Source: Candidatus Cloacimonadales bacterium
GTDB lineage: Bacteria > Cloacimonadota > Cloacimonadia > Cloacimonadales > JAIOQZ01
Direction of reading: 5' to 3'
Assembly (NCBI GenBank): GCA_963674825.1
Contig: OY771587.1
Coordinates: 192,001 to 256,000, forward strand
DNA length: 64,000 bases
Part shown: piece after piece, positions 51,544-61,386 of the stretch
Layout of the letters: every line of letters begins with the position of its first letter
Position numbering within the stretch: position 1 is the first letter of the stretch
Notes under the pieces: generated by a model
Databases searched by the model: none
What the model saw: the letters and a program-made list of their open reading frames with translations, nothing else
What the model was told of the DNA's origin: nothing
Made by a program: the position numbers and the translations under genes

Positions 51544-52578
51544 ATGCGCACAACCACCACCATCGCTCTGTTTTTGCTCGTTTCCGCCATCTTCGCTTAT
51601 CCCACACTACGGGGAGAAGGAACAACCAAGTTCACCGAATATGCAGAAGATCATCTTGAACTTATTGATGAAATTACCCTCGACGACAAGTCTGTCGTAG
51701 TGCGCCGCGCACCGGCAACGAAACATGCCCTTGGCGAAGTGACGATCGAGAAAAGGAAAAAAGAACGAGAATATGTATTGACCAAATCTTCAGACCTCGG
51801 CGTTACCCTGCGGAAATCCGAGGATCATCAATATTGGGAATGGTATGACGCCAATAACAATCTGTTGAATCGCTGCCCGGCCAACCCATACATATCTGAA
51901 ATTGTGGACGTCAACACCAATGGCTACTGGCTCATGTTTGAAGAGCTAAAAGAAGATCCATACGATTTTATCGAAGAACAGTACGATTTCGATGGTCCCT
52001 TGATATATGCTGCAGATTTCAGATACAATGTCGAATCCAGCAACTTCCCCAGCCAGTCCGGGGTCGTTATTTACGACCAGAATGGCAATAAAATGACGCA
52101 GGTTGACCTTGAGTGTGGAGATGTAAGTTATATTGAAATGAGTCCTTCTGGAAACTACTTCATTGTTGCAGCACACCCCAAGACCTTCCTTATGAGTATA
52201 GATGGACTCATTAAAAGAGAATTCATGAAAAGCGGAGGAGTTTATATCAGTTTCTCTCCCAGCGAAGATCTGGCAGTACTTGGTCCTCCCCTGCCGTATG
52301 TAATCGATCTTGAGACAGGCGAAATACTTGCCAAGATTCATGGCACTTACGATTCATCAACGATTGCGATCAGCGACAAAGATGCTGGAATTGTTGCAGT
52401 GAGAGGAAATATCGGAATTCTTGTTTTCGATATATGGGCTGAGAAACAGATCGCAAGATTCAGACAAAACGGAACGAATATTCAACTCTCAGGCGATGGG
52501 CGGCTCCTATCATTCAGAGGGATAGGGAAAGTTGTTACATATCGGCTTGATGGAATAGATGGAGAGCAGTCAGAGTAA
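51544..52578 (+). CDS. Secreted protein, array copy 3 (intact)
   Basis: Near-identical N-terminal half and C-terminal tail to 47062-48090. Confidence 0.8.
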   Translation: MRTTTTIALFLLVSAIFAYPTLRGEGTTKFTEYAEDHLELIDEITLDDKSVVVRRAPATKHALGEVTIEKRKKEREYVLTKSSDLGVTLRKSEDHQYWEWYDANNNLLNRCPANPYISEIVDVNTNGYWLMFEELKEDPYDFIEEQYDFDGPLIYAADFRYNVESSNFPSQSGVVIYDQNGNKMTQVDLECGDVSYIEMSPSGNYFIVAAHPKTFLMSIDGLIKREFMKSGGVYISFSPSEDLAVLGPPLPYVIDLETGEILAKIHGTYDSSTIAISDKDAGIVAVRGNIGILVFDIWAEKQIARFRQNGTNIQLSGDGRLLSFRGIGKVVTYRLDGIDGEQSE

Positions 52579-52588
52579 TCGAGCTCTA

Positions 52589-53452
52589 TTACAGAACCCA
52601 CTCTTCGCCGAGGTCGCGGAGCGTTTCCTGCGCGTACTGGTTGCCAAGACGAGCTGCCTTGCGGAAATAATGGATCATCTGCGCACGTTCGTCTTTCATG
52701 TAGTAAACCGTACCGATAATGGTGTAGCAATTCTCCAGCTCAGGATCGAACTCCAGCGCTTTCTCGCAAGCTTCGATCGCCTTGTCCAGATCGCCCTTGC
52801 TCAGGTAGGCCGTACCGAGATTCGCGTAGGCTTCGGCGTAGTGCGGATTGTATTCGATCGCGCGCTTGCAGACGTCGATAGCTTCTTCAATCTTGTTTTC
52901 TTTCAGATAGACATCGGAAATGTATTTGTAGGGTTCCGGGAGATTTGCCTTGAGCTGTATCGCGCGTTGACAGTATTTCAGGCAACTGCCGTCATCCTCA
53001 CGCATGAGTAGCGCCTTGCCCATAACGCTGTAGGCAATCGCCAGTGTTGGCTTGAGCGAGATAGCCTTGCGCGTATTGGCGATGCCTTCTTTGATCATAC
53101 CCTTCTGAATATACGCCATACCGAGATTGCAATAGGCCTCAGCCAGTTGCGCGTTCAGGCTGATCGCGCGCTTACAGTTCTCGATTCCCTGATCCAAGTC
53201 GTGCATCAGGATATGCGCCCACCCCTTGACGCTGTATAGCTCCGCGTAATGCGAATCCATCTGCATGGCGTGACGGCAATAGTCGATGCCTTTTTCGGGA
53301 TCACCTTCCATAATGTGCGCAACGGCGATGCTTGTGTAGGCCCTTGCAGCCAGATCGCGATACGGGATCACGCGCTTGCAGTAATCGATCGCCTTTTTGT
53401 ATTCTCCACGTCGGATGTGTTCGTTGCCGATATGGAGGAACTCTTCAGCCAT
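52589..53452 (-). CDS. TPR-repeat protein
   Basis: AEAY.NLG.AY...G...AI....KA repeats. Confidence 0.85.
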   Translation of the reverse strand: MAEEFLHIGNEHIRRGEYKKAIDYCKRVIPYRDLAARAYTSIAVAHIMEGDPEKGIDYCRHAMQMDSHYAELYSVKGWAHILMHDLDQGIENCKRAISLNAQLAEAYCNLGMAYIQKGMIKEGIANTRKAISLKPTLAIAYSVMGKALLMREDDGSCLKYCQRAIQLKANLPEPYKYISDVYLKENKIEEAIDVCKRAIEYNPHYAEAYANLGTAYLSKGDLDKAIEACEKALEFDPELENCYTIIGTVYYMKDERAQMIHYFRKAARLGNQYAQETLRDLGEEWVL

Positions 53453-53513
53453 TTTCCTGTCGATAGGTCAAACCTCCGATTATGAGGAAACGATAACCAA
53501 AACAGTCTTGATG

Positions 53514-53873
53514 TCAATTCATTTTCGAGACATCTTCACGTTCGGATCGTTTTAGCGATTTGAACACAAGCAGATACGAATCATCAATCATATGTTTTAT
53601 ACGATCATCAGGTATCGTGCCATCCACCCACACCGTATTCCAGTGCTGTTTGTTGAGGTGATATCCGGGTTTGACCGCGCTGAATTCTTCGCGTAATTGC
53701 AGCGCGATTTCCGGGTCGCACTTGAGCGAAATCTTGGGTGTTCCATCCTCTTCGGCAAGGATAGCGAACATCTTCGATGCGACCTTGATAACCAGCACAT
53801 CATCACCGAAAGGGAAACCTTCGTTGGCACCCGTTTTCATCATGCAATAGGCACGTAATTCGTCGGAGTTCAT
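53514..53873 (-). CDS. MmcQ/YjbR-family protein
   Basis: FPFG...V.KV..KMFA, LKCDP, PGYHLNK.HWN. Confidence 0.92.
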   Translation of the reverse strand: MNSDELRAYCMMKTGANEGFPFGDDVLVIKVASKMFAILAEEDGTPKISLKCDPEIALQLREEFSAVKPGYHLNKQHWNTVWVDGTIPDDRIKHMIDDSYLLVFKSLKRSEREDVSKMN

Positions 53874-53875
53874 AA

Positions 53876-54811
53876 CTATTCCTGCACTTTGCCGAGTTTC
53901 TTCATCCGATCGAGTCGCGGCTTCTCGTTCTGCTGAAGCCAGTCGTCCTTCTTCAGAAGGTTGTATGCCAGGCGGAAGTAGATCTTTGCCTGCTCGGTAT
54001 CGCCAGCCTCTGTATAAAGCTCAGCGAGTTCTTCATATACGTATCCATCTTCGGCAAGCTTATTATCCTTAATTTCCTGCTCGATCTGGTGCTGAAGAGC
54101 CAGCGCGTCATCCATACGACCCAGTGCACGATACATACGGGCTGTTGACCACTGGGCCACGCGACGTCCATGATCGTCTCCCACCTCTTTACGGAACGCG
54201 ACATCCTTGAGGAAATAGATCAGCGCTGTATTGGGATCACCCTGATCGAAATAGGTCCAGCCGATGTTGTTGTAGAGCGGACCTTTCCAACCGATTAACG
54301 CGGGGTCCTTGGATTTCTCGACGAGGCTCAGCGCTTTCAGGTTCCACTCGAGTTGCTGATCCGTCGGCAACGTAATCGCCAGCATATGTGCGGCATCGAT
54401 AGCGAGGTTGTCGTTCCCCTTTTCGTTGGCGAGACGCCATGCTTCTTCGAAGAGTGGTGCTGCGTTCTTGGGATCACCCGCACTGTTGAAAAGCCTTCCG
54501 CGTTCGAGCAACGATCGGATGCGCGCATCGTTGATCTCGCTGCCAAGTTTACCATCGACTTCGTCCAGCAGCTTGTGTCCCTCTTCGAACATCCCGCGCA
54601 ATCCCATCGTACGCGCAATCTGCGTCTTGATCTCGAGCGAATATTCTTCATCGCCTTCTACTTTGATCAGAAGTTCCTGGAATCGCGCTTCGGTTGCCGC
54701 AGGATCATTGAAATCCCACATTTTTCTCAAATCAACCCGTTTATCTTCCTTTTTACCGATGCATCCGGTAAATATTAGCATCGCGACCAGCGCAACGATC
54801 ATCAATCTCAT
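53876..54811 (-). CDS. TPR-like lipoprotein
   Basis: Lipobox FTG-C; WDF.DP..TE.RF, TQIAR..GL, LERGR, NNIGW. Confidence 0.8.
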   Translation of the reverse strand: MRLMIVALVAMLIFTGCIGKKEDKRVDLRKMWDFNDPAATEARFQELLIKVEGDEEYSLEIKTQIARTMGLRGMFEEGHKLLDEVDGKLGSEINDARIRSLLERGRLFNSAGDPKNAAPLFEEAWRLANEKGNDNLAIDAAHMLAITLPTDQQLEWNLKALSLVEKSKDPALIGWKGPLYNNIGWTYFDQGDPNTALIYFLKDVAFRKEVGDDHGRRVAQWSTARMYRALGRMDDALALQHQIEQEIKDNKLAEDGYVYEELAELYTEAGDTEQAKIYFRLAYNLLKKDDWLQQNEKPRLDRMKKLGKVQE

Positions 54812-54986
54812 CCACCACTCCTTATCGTATGTTTTACCGTAACATCCCGCCGTTTCATCTCGTTATACTATCAGGATGCAACGAAGGCATTTTCGCCGCA
54901 GATCGTTAAGAATGTAAAACTATTTCTTCGGTTTTGTGGAAAACAGCCGCTGGATTCAAGGCTTTCGATGCTACTTAATAGAATAA

Positions 54987-55068
54987 CGTCGCTTGGAGAT
55001 CGGCGCGTACGTAAAGAGAAGGGCCTTTGGCTTCGCGTTTCTTTGCTGGTGCCGATCTCCAAGCGACG
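54987..55068. repeat. Long inverted repeat in a divergent intergenic region
   Basis: CGTCGCTTGGAGATCGGC (54987-55004) / GCCGATCTCCAAGCGACG (55051-55068), perfect 18 bp. Confidence 0.8.
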
Positions 55069-55155
55069 CAGACTTTGGATAGATTCTTTACGGATTATAT
55101 TTGACAAAAAAACGCGGACGATAGATTTTATAATCAGGAAATAAATTGGGAGACT

Positions 55156-55629
55156 ATGATGAAACGAGTGGTAATCATTACAGCGATCCTTATGGCGATC
55201 TTCTCACTCAGCGCGCAGCAAACCGTTGCGGGTAGCAGTTTCAAGCCGAGTTTCGACCTGCCCAGGATGGGCGGATTGCAAAGCTATTCGCTGTTCAATC
55301 CCAATAACCTCACCATCAACCACTCCATGGGCTTCACCAGCGGTTTCATGGGCGATCAGAGTTACTACCAGTCGCGCTATACAACGCATCTGGGGTACGC
55401 GCTCGCCAAAAACCTCGACTTGCAGCTCGACCTGAATTTCGTCAACGACGGCACCGCCACCATGAACGGCGGTTTCGATATCGAAGGTAACGGCGACAAC
55501 GACAGCCAGATACTGCCAAATATGTCGCTCGAATACCGTCCCTTCAAAAACACCGTGATCCGGCTCGACTATCGTTCATACAACGAATATTCTCCCTACG
55601 GGCGGTACGGTTACTGGCGTCGCTATTAG
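55156..55629 (+). CDS. Secreted hypothetical protein, beta-strand rich
   Basis: Signal peptide (LSA-Q); YRP..NT.I.L.Y motif. Confidence 0.7.
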   Translation: MMKRVVIITAILMAIFSLSAQQTVAGSSFKPSFDLPRMGGLQSYSLFNPNNLTINHSMGFTSGFMGDQSYYQSRYTTHLGYALAKNLDLQLDLNFVNDGTATMNGGFDIEGNGDNDSQILPNMSLEYRPFKNTVIRLDYRSYNEYSPYGRYGYWRRY

Positions 55630-56405
55630 TGATACTGCTCCTGCCAATCTACGTTCTCGTATTCTTCTTCGGAGCCGCCTTCGGCAGCTTCTTCAACGTC
55701 TGCATTTACCGCATTCCGCGTAAAGAATCGATCGTCTCTCCCCCATCGCACTGCCCGGGTTGCAACACACCCATACGTCCCTGGAACAACGTCCCCATCC
55801 TGAGCTACATCGCCCTGCGCGGTAAATGCCGCGTCTGCGGGATGAAGATCCACTGGCACTATTTTCTGGTGGAACTGCTCACGGCCATCCTCTTCCTGGG
55901 ATTGTTCCTCTTCAACGGTAGCCGCGTAGATCTGTTCTTCATCAAATACCTGGTGCTGTTTTCCATCGGCATGATCATCATTTTCATCGACGCGTTTCAT
56001 ATGATCATCCCGGATTCGCTGTCCCTGCCGCTGATACCGCTTGGGATCATCTTCGCGCTACTTCCCAACAGCGATGTCACTATCTTCTCGTCTGTGACCG
56101 GCGGCGCAATCGGGTTTATCCTGTTCTACGGGCTCGGCTGGCTATACCTGAAGATGAAGAATATCGAGGCCATGGGCGGCGGTGACGTGAAGCTCATTGC
56201 TGGGCTGGGAACGTTCCTCGGATTCCGTGGCGTGCTGCTGACCATCTTCTTTTCATCGATCCTCGCCATCATCGGATTTATCCTCATGCGCCTGCAGAAA
56301 GACAGGCACTTCCCCTTCGGCCCGTTCCTCATCCTCGGCGCGCTGGTGTATGTCCTCGCCGGCGACTGGATGATCGACGCTTATCTTGGGCTGTTTGGGG
56401 TGTGA
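55629..56405 (+). CDS. pilD: Prepilin peptidase (A24)
   Basis: GSF.NV.IYR.P, SHCPGC, GKCRVC, MGGGDVKL, PFGPF. Confidence 0.92.
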   Translation: MILLLPIYVLVFFFGAAFGSFFNVCIYRIPRKESIVSPPSHCPGCNTPIRPWNNVPILSYIALRGKCRVCGMKIHWHYFLVELLTAILFLGLFLFNGSRVDLFFIKYLVLFSIGMIIIFIDAFHMIIPDSLSLPLIPLGIIFALLPNSDVTIFSSVTGGAIGFILFYGLGWLYLKMKNIEAMGGGDVKLIAGLGTFLGFRGVLLTIFFSSILAIIGFILMRLQKDRHFPFGPFLILGALVYVLAGDWMIDAYLGLFGV

Positions 56406-56498
56406 GGTAATTTCACTTCAGAATCATTTTTTGATTTGGCAAGCAACTCTTTTCATGCATCATATATTAGTGATTTAATATCTAATTCACTCTCAATT

Positions 56499-57542
56499 AT
56501 GCAATATAAAAATCAAGGATACCATATGGATTATTCCAGTAGTAAATTACATGCCCAAGATGAAATTGATTTACTCAGAAAATCGTATTCAAGTGAATAT
56601 TGCATGCATCCTGAAAACACATGCTCTGGACAGATTGTCAGGGCCCATGTGATTTCAAAATACATGCTTAAAAAGATTAGCGTGAACTCACAAGTATATT
56701 GTCCTCCTAACTCACAACAGTACTATCGTTTCAATCTCAGAGATGAGCCAATTGATTTACAACTTCGAGGAATAAACCAAGCCACAACATTCACTGGCTT
56801 TTGCCAGAAACATGATACAGAATTATTCTCATCATTCGAGAATAGTACGTTAGAACTCAAGGACGAACACATTTTCCTACTAGCTTATAGAGCCGCTAAC
56901 TCTGCTTTATTCGGACAAACGAGTAAGACGGAATATTATGACATTAAAAGGAAGCAATTGCGAAATCCGAGAAAATATCAATACCTATATGAATATAGCA
57001 AGAGTGGGATATTGGACTTAGCAACTTTAAAGAAGAGCATGGATATCATGTTGATTAACTCAGACTATTCTTCTCTAAATTACAAATACATTGTGTTCAA
57101 ATCAATACCTGAGTTTTTTGTATGTGGTGTCACATTACCATTTATGGATTTCTCCGGTAAGGATTTATTAGGACAAAATGAAATTAATAATGATAGTATA
57201 GCACTTCCTTCTATTTCTTTCTCTCTTCTTCCATATGGTAATAAGGGTGTTGCAATCTTCTCATGGCTTTCTGATGATAATCGACCAAGTAAAATAGTAA
57301 AGACATTACTAAGATTGAGAAGGCAACAGATACCTAATGCCATTTTAAGATATGCATTCTCTCTTTATGACACAATTGCAATAAATCCAATATGGTGGAA
57401 CAACTTACATCCCATTTACAAACAATTAGTACTACATAAACTTGGCGACTTCAACCCAGAATTGAATCAAGGAAGTATAATTGATGATGGTTGGAAGATC
57501 GTTGACTGGCAAATCGAGGAAATAGGCGGGAATTTCCCATAA
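56499..57542 (+). CDS. AT-rich hypothetical protein with Cys/His motifs (start uncertain)
   Basis: CMHPENTC...AHVI...TFTGFCQKHD; visibly lower GC than flanks. Confidence 0.7.
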   Translation: MQYKNQGYHMDYSSSKLHAQDEIDLLRKSYSSEYCMHPENTCSGQIVRAHVISKYMLKKISVNSQVYCPPNSQQYYRFNLRDEPIDLQLRGINQATTFTGFCQKHDTELFSSFENSTLELKDEHIFLLAYRAANSALFGQTSKTEYYDIKRKQLRNPRKYQYLYEYSKSGILDLATLKKSMDIMLINSDYSSLNYKYIVFKSIPEFFVCGVTLPFMDFSGKDLLGQNEINNDSIALPSISFSLLPYGNKGVAIFSWLSDDNRPSKIVKTLLRLRRQQIPNAILRYAFSLYDTIAINPIWWNNLHPIYKQLVLHKLGDFNPELNQGSIIDDGWKIVDWQIEEIGGNFP

Positions 57543-57547
57543 AGAAA

Positions 57548-57572
57548 TCGCCCTCCGTTTCCGAAGGGCGAT
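57548..57572. terminator. Hairpin between convergent genes
   Basis: ATCGCCCT...AGGGCGAT. Confidence 0.65.
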
Positions 57573-57603
57573 CGATGTATCACACAGTTGATTACATTTC
57601 GTG

Positions 57604-58551
57604 CTATTGCGTCTGTTGCAAGTCGAGGTTTCGGGTCTTGAAGCCGTATCCCATGACGTCGTGGACGTCGGTCACGATCATGAAGGCTTTGGGGTCGATG
57701 TCCTGCACGATATCGCGGATCATGGGAACCTGGCGACGGTTCATGCAGCAGAACAGGATGTCCTTGTCCTTCTTGGTGTATCCACCCTGCGCCTTGATGA
57801 AGGTAACACCACGGTTGAGCCGTTCGTAAATGGCGTCCTTGATTTCCTCTTCGTAGTCGGAGATGACGTAAACGCCCTTGACGTACGGAAGACCCTCGCT
57901 GGCAAGGTCGGTAATCTTGGTGGAAATGAAGAGGTTGACGTAACCCCAGATGATCAGCTTGAGATCCTGGAACACCAGCCCGACGGTGAGGATGATGAGA
58001 GTCTCGACCACCCAGTAACCGGTACCGATGGAGATGCCAGTCTTCTGCTTGAGAACGGCTACAGGGATATCGGTTCCGCCTGTGGAGCCACGGAAACGGA
58101 AGATCACGCCCAGTCCCAAGCCGAGCAGCACCGAACCGGCGATCGCCGAGAGATAGATATCGTCCGGGCCAAGCATGGCTGTAATTGTCTCGCCATTGAC
58201 CGTGAACGTGTATTTTGCGATGTCTTTGATTATTCCAAATTTGTGCAGGTTCTGCAGCGCCAGAAGGTCTGTCAGCGCTGATGAAACCATCATGCCGTAG
58301 AACGACCGGATCCCGAAGTGCTTACCCAGCATAAGAACACTGATGATGAACAGTGGGATATTGATCGCGATCATACTGACACCCATGGGGATTCCCATGA
58401 GGTGATAGAATATCTGTCCGATGCCGCCAACGCCGCCCGGTACCAGTTTATAGGGCACCAGGAACCACGAGTAACCCATTGCGAACAGAATACTTCCAAG
58501 GATTATTCCCGCATACTGAATGATGCTGCGAAAAATCCGATGCTTTATCAT
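57604..58551 (-). CDS. YitT-family membrane protein
   Basis: PGGV.GI, NIPLF, GSTGGTDI, RGVT.....GGYT, DP.AF. Confidence 0.92.
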   Translation of the reverse strand: MIKHRIFRSIIQYAGIILGSILFAMGYSWFLVPYKLVPGGVGGIGQIFYHLMGIPMGVSMIAINIPLFIISVLMLGKHFGIRSFYGMMVSSALTDLLALQNLHKFGIIKDIAKYTFTVNGETITAMLGPDDIYLSAIAGSVLLGLGLGVIFRFRGSTGGTDIPVAVLKQKTGISIGTGYWVVETLIILTVGLVFQDLKLIIWGYVNLFISTKITDLASEGLPYVKGVYVISDYEEEIKDAIYERLNRGVTFIKAQGGYTKKDKDILFCCMNRRQVPMIRDIVQDIDPKAFMIVTDVHDVMGYGFKTRNLDLQQTQ

Positions 58552-58809
58552 GTTTACCTCCGATATTTTCTCGATTTCATTGTCGAGAATGGCAGACTTT
58601 CCAGCGCGCCTTATAGGTCAATTTCTTTTTGGTTTTTTCTTGGTGAAGAGGGAAATCCTCACACCGTCCCTCTACGCAAAACAGGAAAATGCCAGGTGTT
58701 TTTTTAAAAATCACAGCGGAAAATAATTCCATATATAAAACCGCCAACCAAGTTCAATATCATCCATATTCCACTGTCATATTTGCATTTACAACGACAA
58801 TATAGTCAT

Positions 58810-58825
58810 TGGCACCGCTCATGCA
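58810..58825 (+). promoter_or_regulatory. Sigma54 (-24/-12) promoter
   Basis: TGGCACCGCTCATGCA: GG-N10-GC, about 26 nt before the flgF start. Confidence 0.7.
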
Positions 58826-58851
58826 AATAGATTACGCGGAGGTACTGTATT

Positions 58852-59640
58852 ATGGTCAGAGGCCTGTATCAGAATTCATCGTCCATGCAGCTGCTGCAAG
58901 ATCGCATGGATGTCATCGCCAACAACATGGCGAACGTGAGCACCAACGGCTACAAGCGCCAGGGGGTTTTCTACCGGCAGTTGATCGGAGCCGAACAGGC
59001 TCTGCAACGCAATCAGATAACGCTCAAGGAGTTGCGAGACCATCCGTTTACCTACCAGAACAGCGAATGCTGTACCAAGCGCGGTCAGCTCCGGCGTCTG
59101 GAAGGCGATATCTCCACGTATACCGACTACTCCAACGGCCCTATTCAGCAGACGGGTAATCCACTGGATGTAGCTATCAACGGCAAGGGCTTCTTCACGG
59201 TACAGACACCTGAAGGAACCGGCTATACACGCGATGGCCAGTTCAAAATCGACCAGGACGGAAACCTCGTTACCAGTGAAGGTTATCTCGTCCAGGGCGA
59301 GGCTGGGCCGATCCAGATCACCGGTAATATGGTCGATATCAACCAGAACGGTGAGATGGGCCAGGACGGCGTGATCGTGAACAAGCTCATGATACGCGAT
59401 TTCCCGGATGACACCCTGATGGAAATCCGCAATGGCGTGATGTATCCCCAAGGGGAAAATGTTTCCGCATCCGAAGCGGATGTGACCATACAGCAGGGGT
59501 ACCTCGAGACCTCGAACGTGGTTGTTGTGAAAGAGATGGTTGATATGATCTCCACTCAACGCCATTTCCAAGCGAACGAACGCGTGATTAACGCAATGGA
59601 TACCACCCTGCGCAAAACGGCAAATGATATTGGCAAATAA
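58852..59640 (+). CDS. flgF: Flagellar basal-body rod protein FlgF
   Basis: ANNMANVSTNGYK, TGNPLDVAI.G.GFF, YTRDG.F, QGYLETSNV; lies before flgG. Confidence 0.85.
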   Translation: MVRGLYQNSSSMQLLQDRMDVIANNMANVSTNGYKRQGVFYRQLIGAEQALQRNQITLKELRDHPFTYQNSECCTKRGQLRRLEGDISTYTDYSNGPIQQTGNPLDVAINGKGFFTVQTPEGTGYTRDGQFKIDQDGNLVTSEGYLVQGEAGPIQITGNMVDINQNGEMGQDGVIVNKLMIRDFPDDTLMEIRNGVMYPQGENVSASEADVTIQQGYLETSNVVVVKEMVDMISTQRHFQANERVINAMDTTLRKTANDIGK

Positions 59641-59651
59641 AGGAGTTTAGT

Positions 59652-60440
59652 ATGATCCGTTCCCTCTACAGCGGCGCAAGCGGCATGTATGCCCAGCAGA
59701 TGAACATCGACAGCATCGCTAACAACATGGCGAACGTCAACACGACCGGCTACAAGAAGACACGGATCCAGTTTCAGGATCTGATCTACCAGACCTATAA
59801 GGAAGCCGGAGCCCCGACATCCGAAAGCACCCAGCGCCCCACAGAACTCTCCGTCGGCGTCGGTGTACGTCCGATCGCGACGCAGAAAGAACACATGCAG
59901 GGCACGCCAACCCAAACCGGTAATCCGCTTGATATCGCCATCATCGGCGAAGGCTTCTTCCAGATGGTCAACGGCGACGGCGACGTGGTCTATGGTCGTG
60001 ACGGTAGCTTCAAGCTCAGTGGCGATGGCGAGATCGTCAACGCCCAGGGTCTCAAGATCGAGCCGGAAATAGTACTTCCGGCAGACACCGAATCGATCTC
60101 CATTACCGGTGACGGCCATGTCTATGCGCAGATCTATGGCCAGACTGAGCAGGAAGAGATCGGACAGATCGAGCTGGCGCGCTTCATTAACCCAGCCGGA
60201 TTAAAGAGTCACGGCGGTAACTACTACACTGCCACCGACGCTTCCGGTGATCCGATCGTCGGCGAACCCGGCACCGAAAACCTGGGTACGCTGGAGCAAG
60301 GCTACGTGGAAGCAAGCAATGTCGTGATCGTCGAGGAAATGGTCTCCATGATCGTCGCACAGCGTGCGTTCGACCTCAATTCGAAGATGGTCCGCACCTC
60401 AGACACCATGCTGGAAACCGCAAACAATCTCAAGAGGTAA
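59652..60440 (+). CDS. flgG: Flagellar distal rod protein FlgG
   Basis: ANNMANVNTTGYKK...FQDL.YQ, LARF.NPAGL, SNV..VEEMV.MI.AQRA. Confidence 0.95.
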   Translation: MIRSLYSGASGMYAQQMNIDSIANNMANVNTTGYKKTRIQFQDLIYQTYKEAGAPTSESTQRPTELSVGVGVRPIATQKEHMQGTPTQTGNPLDIAIIGEGFFQMVNGDGDVVYGRDGSFKLSGDGEIVNAQGLKIEPEIVLPADTESISITGDGHVYAQIYGQTEQEEIGQIELARFINPAGLKSHGGNYYTATDASGDPIVGEPGTENLGTLEQGYVEASNVVIVEEMVSMIVAQRAFDLNSKMVRTSDTMLETANNLKR

Positions 60441-60443
60441 TCC

Positions 60444-61385
60444 ATGAGAGCTGGTCTTCTCGCTTGCATCCTGATCCTTCCGGGGATTCTTCTCAGCGTT
60501 GGGCTGTCGGTTGAACTACAGAACCGCGTGTGGATTGAGAACCCAGTGGTTACGCTGGACATGATCACAAACAACTACTCCGGCTCCGACTCGCTCTATC
60601 AGCAGATTCGCAACATCACAGTGGTGGATCTCCCCTATCAGGAGCGTTTCAGGAATCTTTACGAAGTGGATATCCGTAAGGTCATCCCGAAGTCGTTGCG
60701 CAAAGAGATCAACATACAGGGCGGATTCTGCGTGGTACGCTGGAAAAAGCAGACTCTCGATCAGAATCGCGTCTATAAGGCCGCACGTGAGTATGTCTCA
60801 CGAAACTATCCAGACGCGGACAGCTTACATGTCGAGATAGGTGACCTTCCCGATATGGACACGCCGCCTGACGGCTACACTCTACAGGTGGAATTCCCTG
60901 ACGGCATCCGCAAGATGGGAAATATCCGTATGATCGGAACTGTATATTATAATAACGAATTGGTGAATCGATTCACGTTTCCTCTTTATATCGGCGTATA
61001 CCGAGACGGTTACCGCCTCACATCGCTGAAACGGCGAGGAGAAGGCTTTCACGAGGGTGATTTCACGAAAATCAGCATCAATATCTCCGAAGAGGGCAAT
61101 GCCATTACCGATAGCCTCGAGCTTCAGACCCGAATCGCGGCCCGATATCTTCCCGCCGGAACCGTCCTTACAGAATCGAACACGCGCCCTATCCCCGATA
61201 TTCATCGCGGTGATCGGGTCAGCGTACTCGTCAATAGCGGAAGCATTATGCTCGAAACTGTAGCAATTGCCAAAGACACTGCCTATATCGGCGAATCGAT
61301 TATCTGCGAAGACCCGTCAACCGGAAGACGCTACCGGGCCATTACCTCCGGCAAGCGTCAGGCCATCATCAATCTGGGAGACTGA
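60444..61385 (+). CDS. flgA: P-ring assembly chaperone FlgA
   Basis: Signal peptide; C-terminal I.RGD.V......G.I.....A.A......GE.I; position between flgG and flgH. Confidence 0.8.
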   Translation: MRAGLLACILILPGILLSVGLSVELQNRVWIENPVVTLDMITNNYSGSDSLYQQIRNITVVDLPYQERFRNLYEVDIRKVIPKSLRKEINIQGGFCVVRWKKQTLDQNRVYKAAREYVSRNYPDADSLHVEIGDLPDMDTPPDGYTLQVEFPDGIRKMGNIRMIGTVYYNNELVNRFTFPLYIGVYRDGYRLTSLKRRGEGFHEGDFTKISINISEEGNAITDSLELQTRIAARYLPAGTVLTESNTRPIPDIHRGDRVSVLVNSGSIMLETVAIAKDTAYIGESIICEDPSTGRRYRAITSGKRQAIINLGD

Positions 61386-61386
61386 T

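Larger units (their letters stand above)
48144..51719. repeat. ~293-bp direct repeat (48144-48436 and 51427-51719): mini-ORF tail, promoter and gene 5' end
   Basis: Offset 3283; identical intergenic region with TTGACA and GAGGAG, few mismatches in the coding part. Confidence 0.9.

Noticed and set aside
47062..52578. Diversity-generating retroelement (TR/VR) as the cause of the paralogue variation
   Set aside because: No reverse transcriptase in the window, and differences are block-wise with indels and all base types rather than adenine-specific
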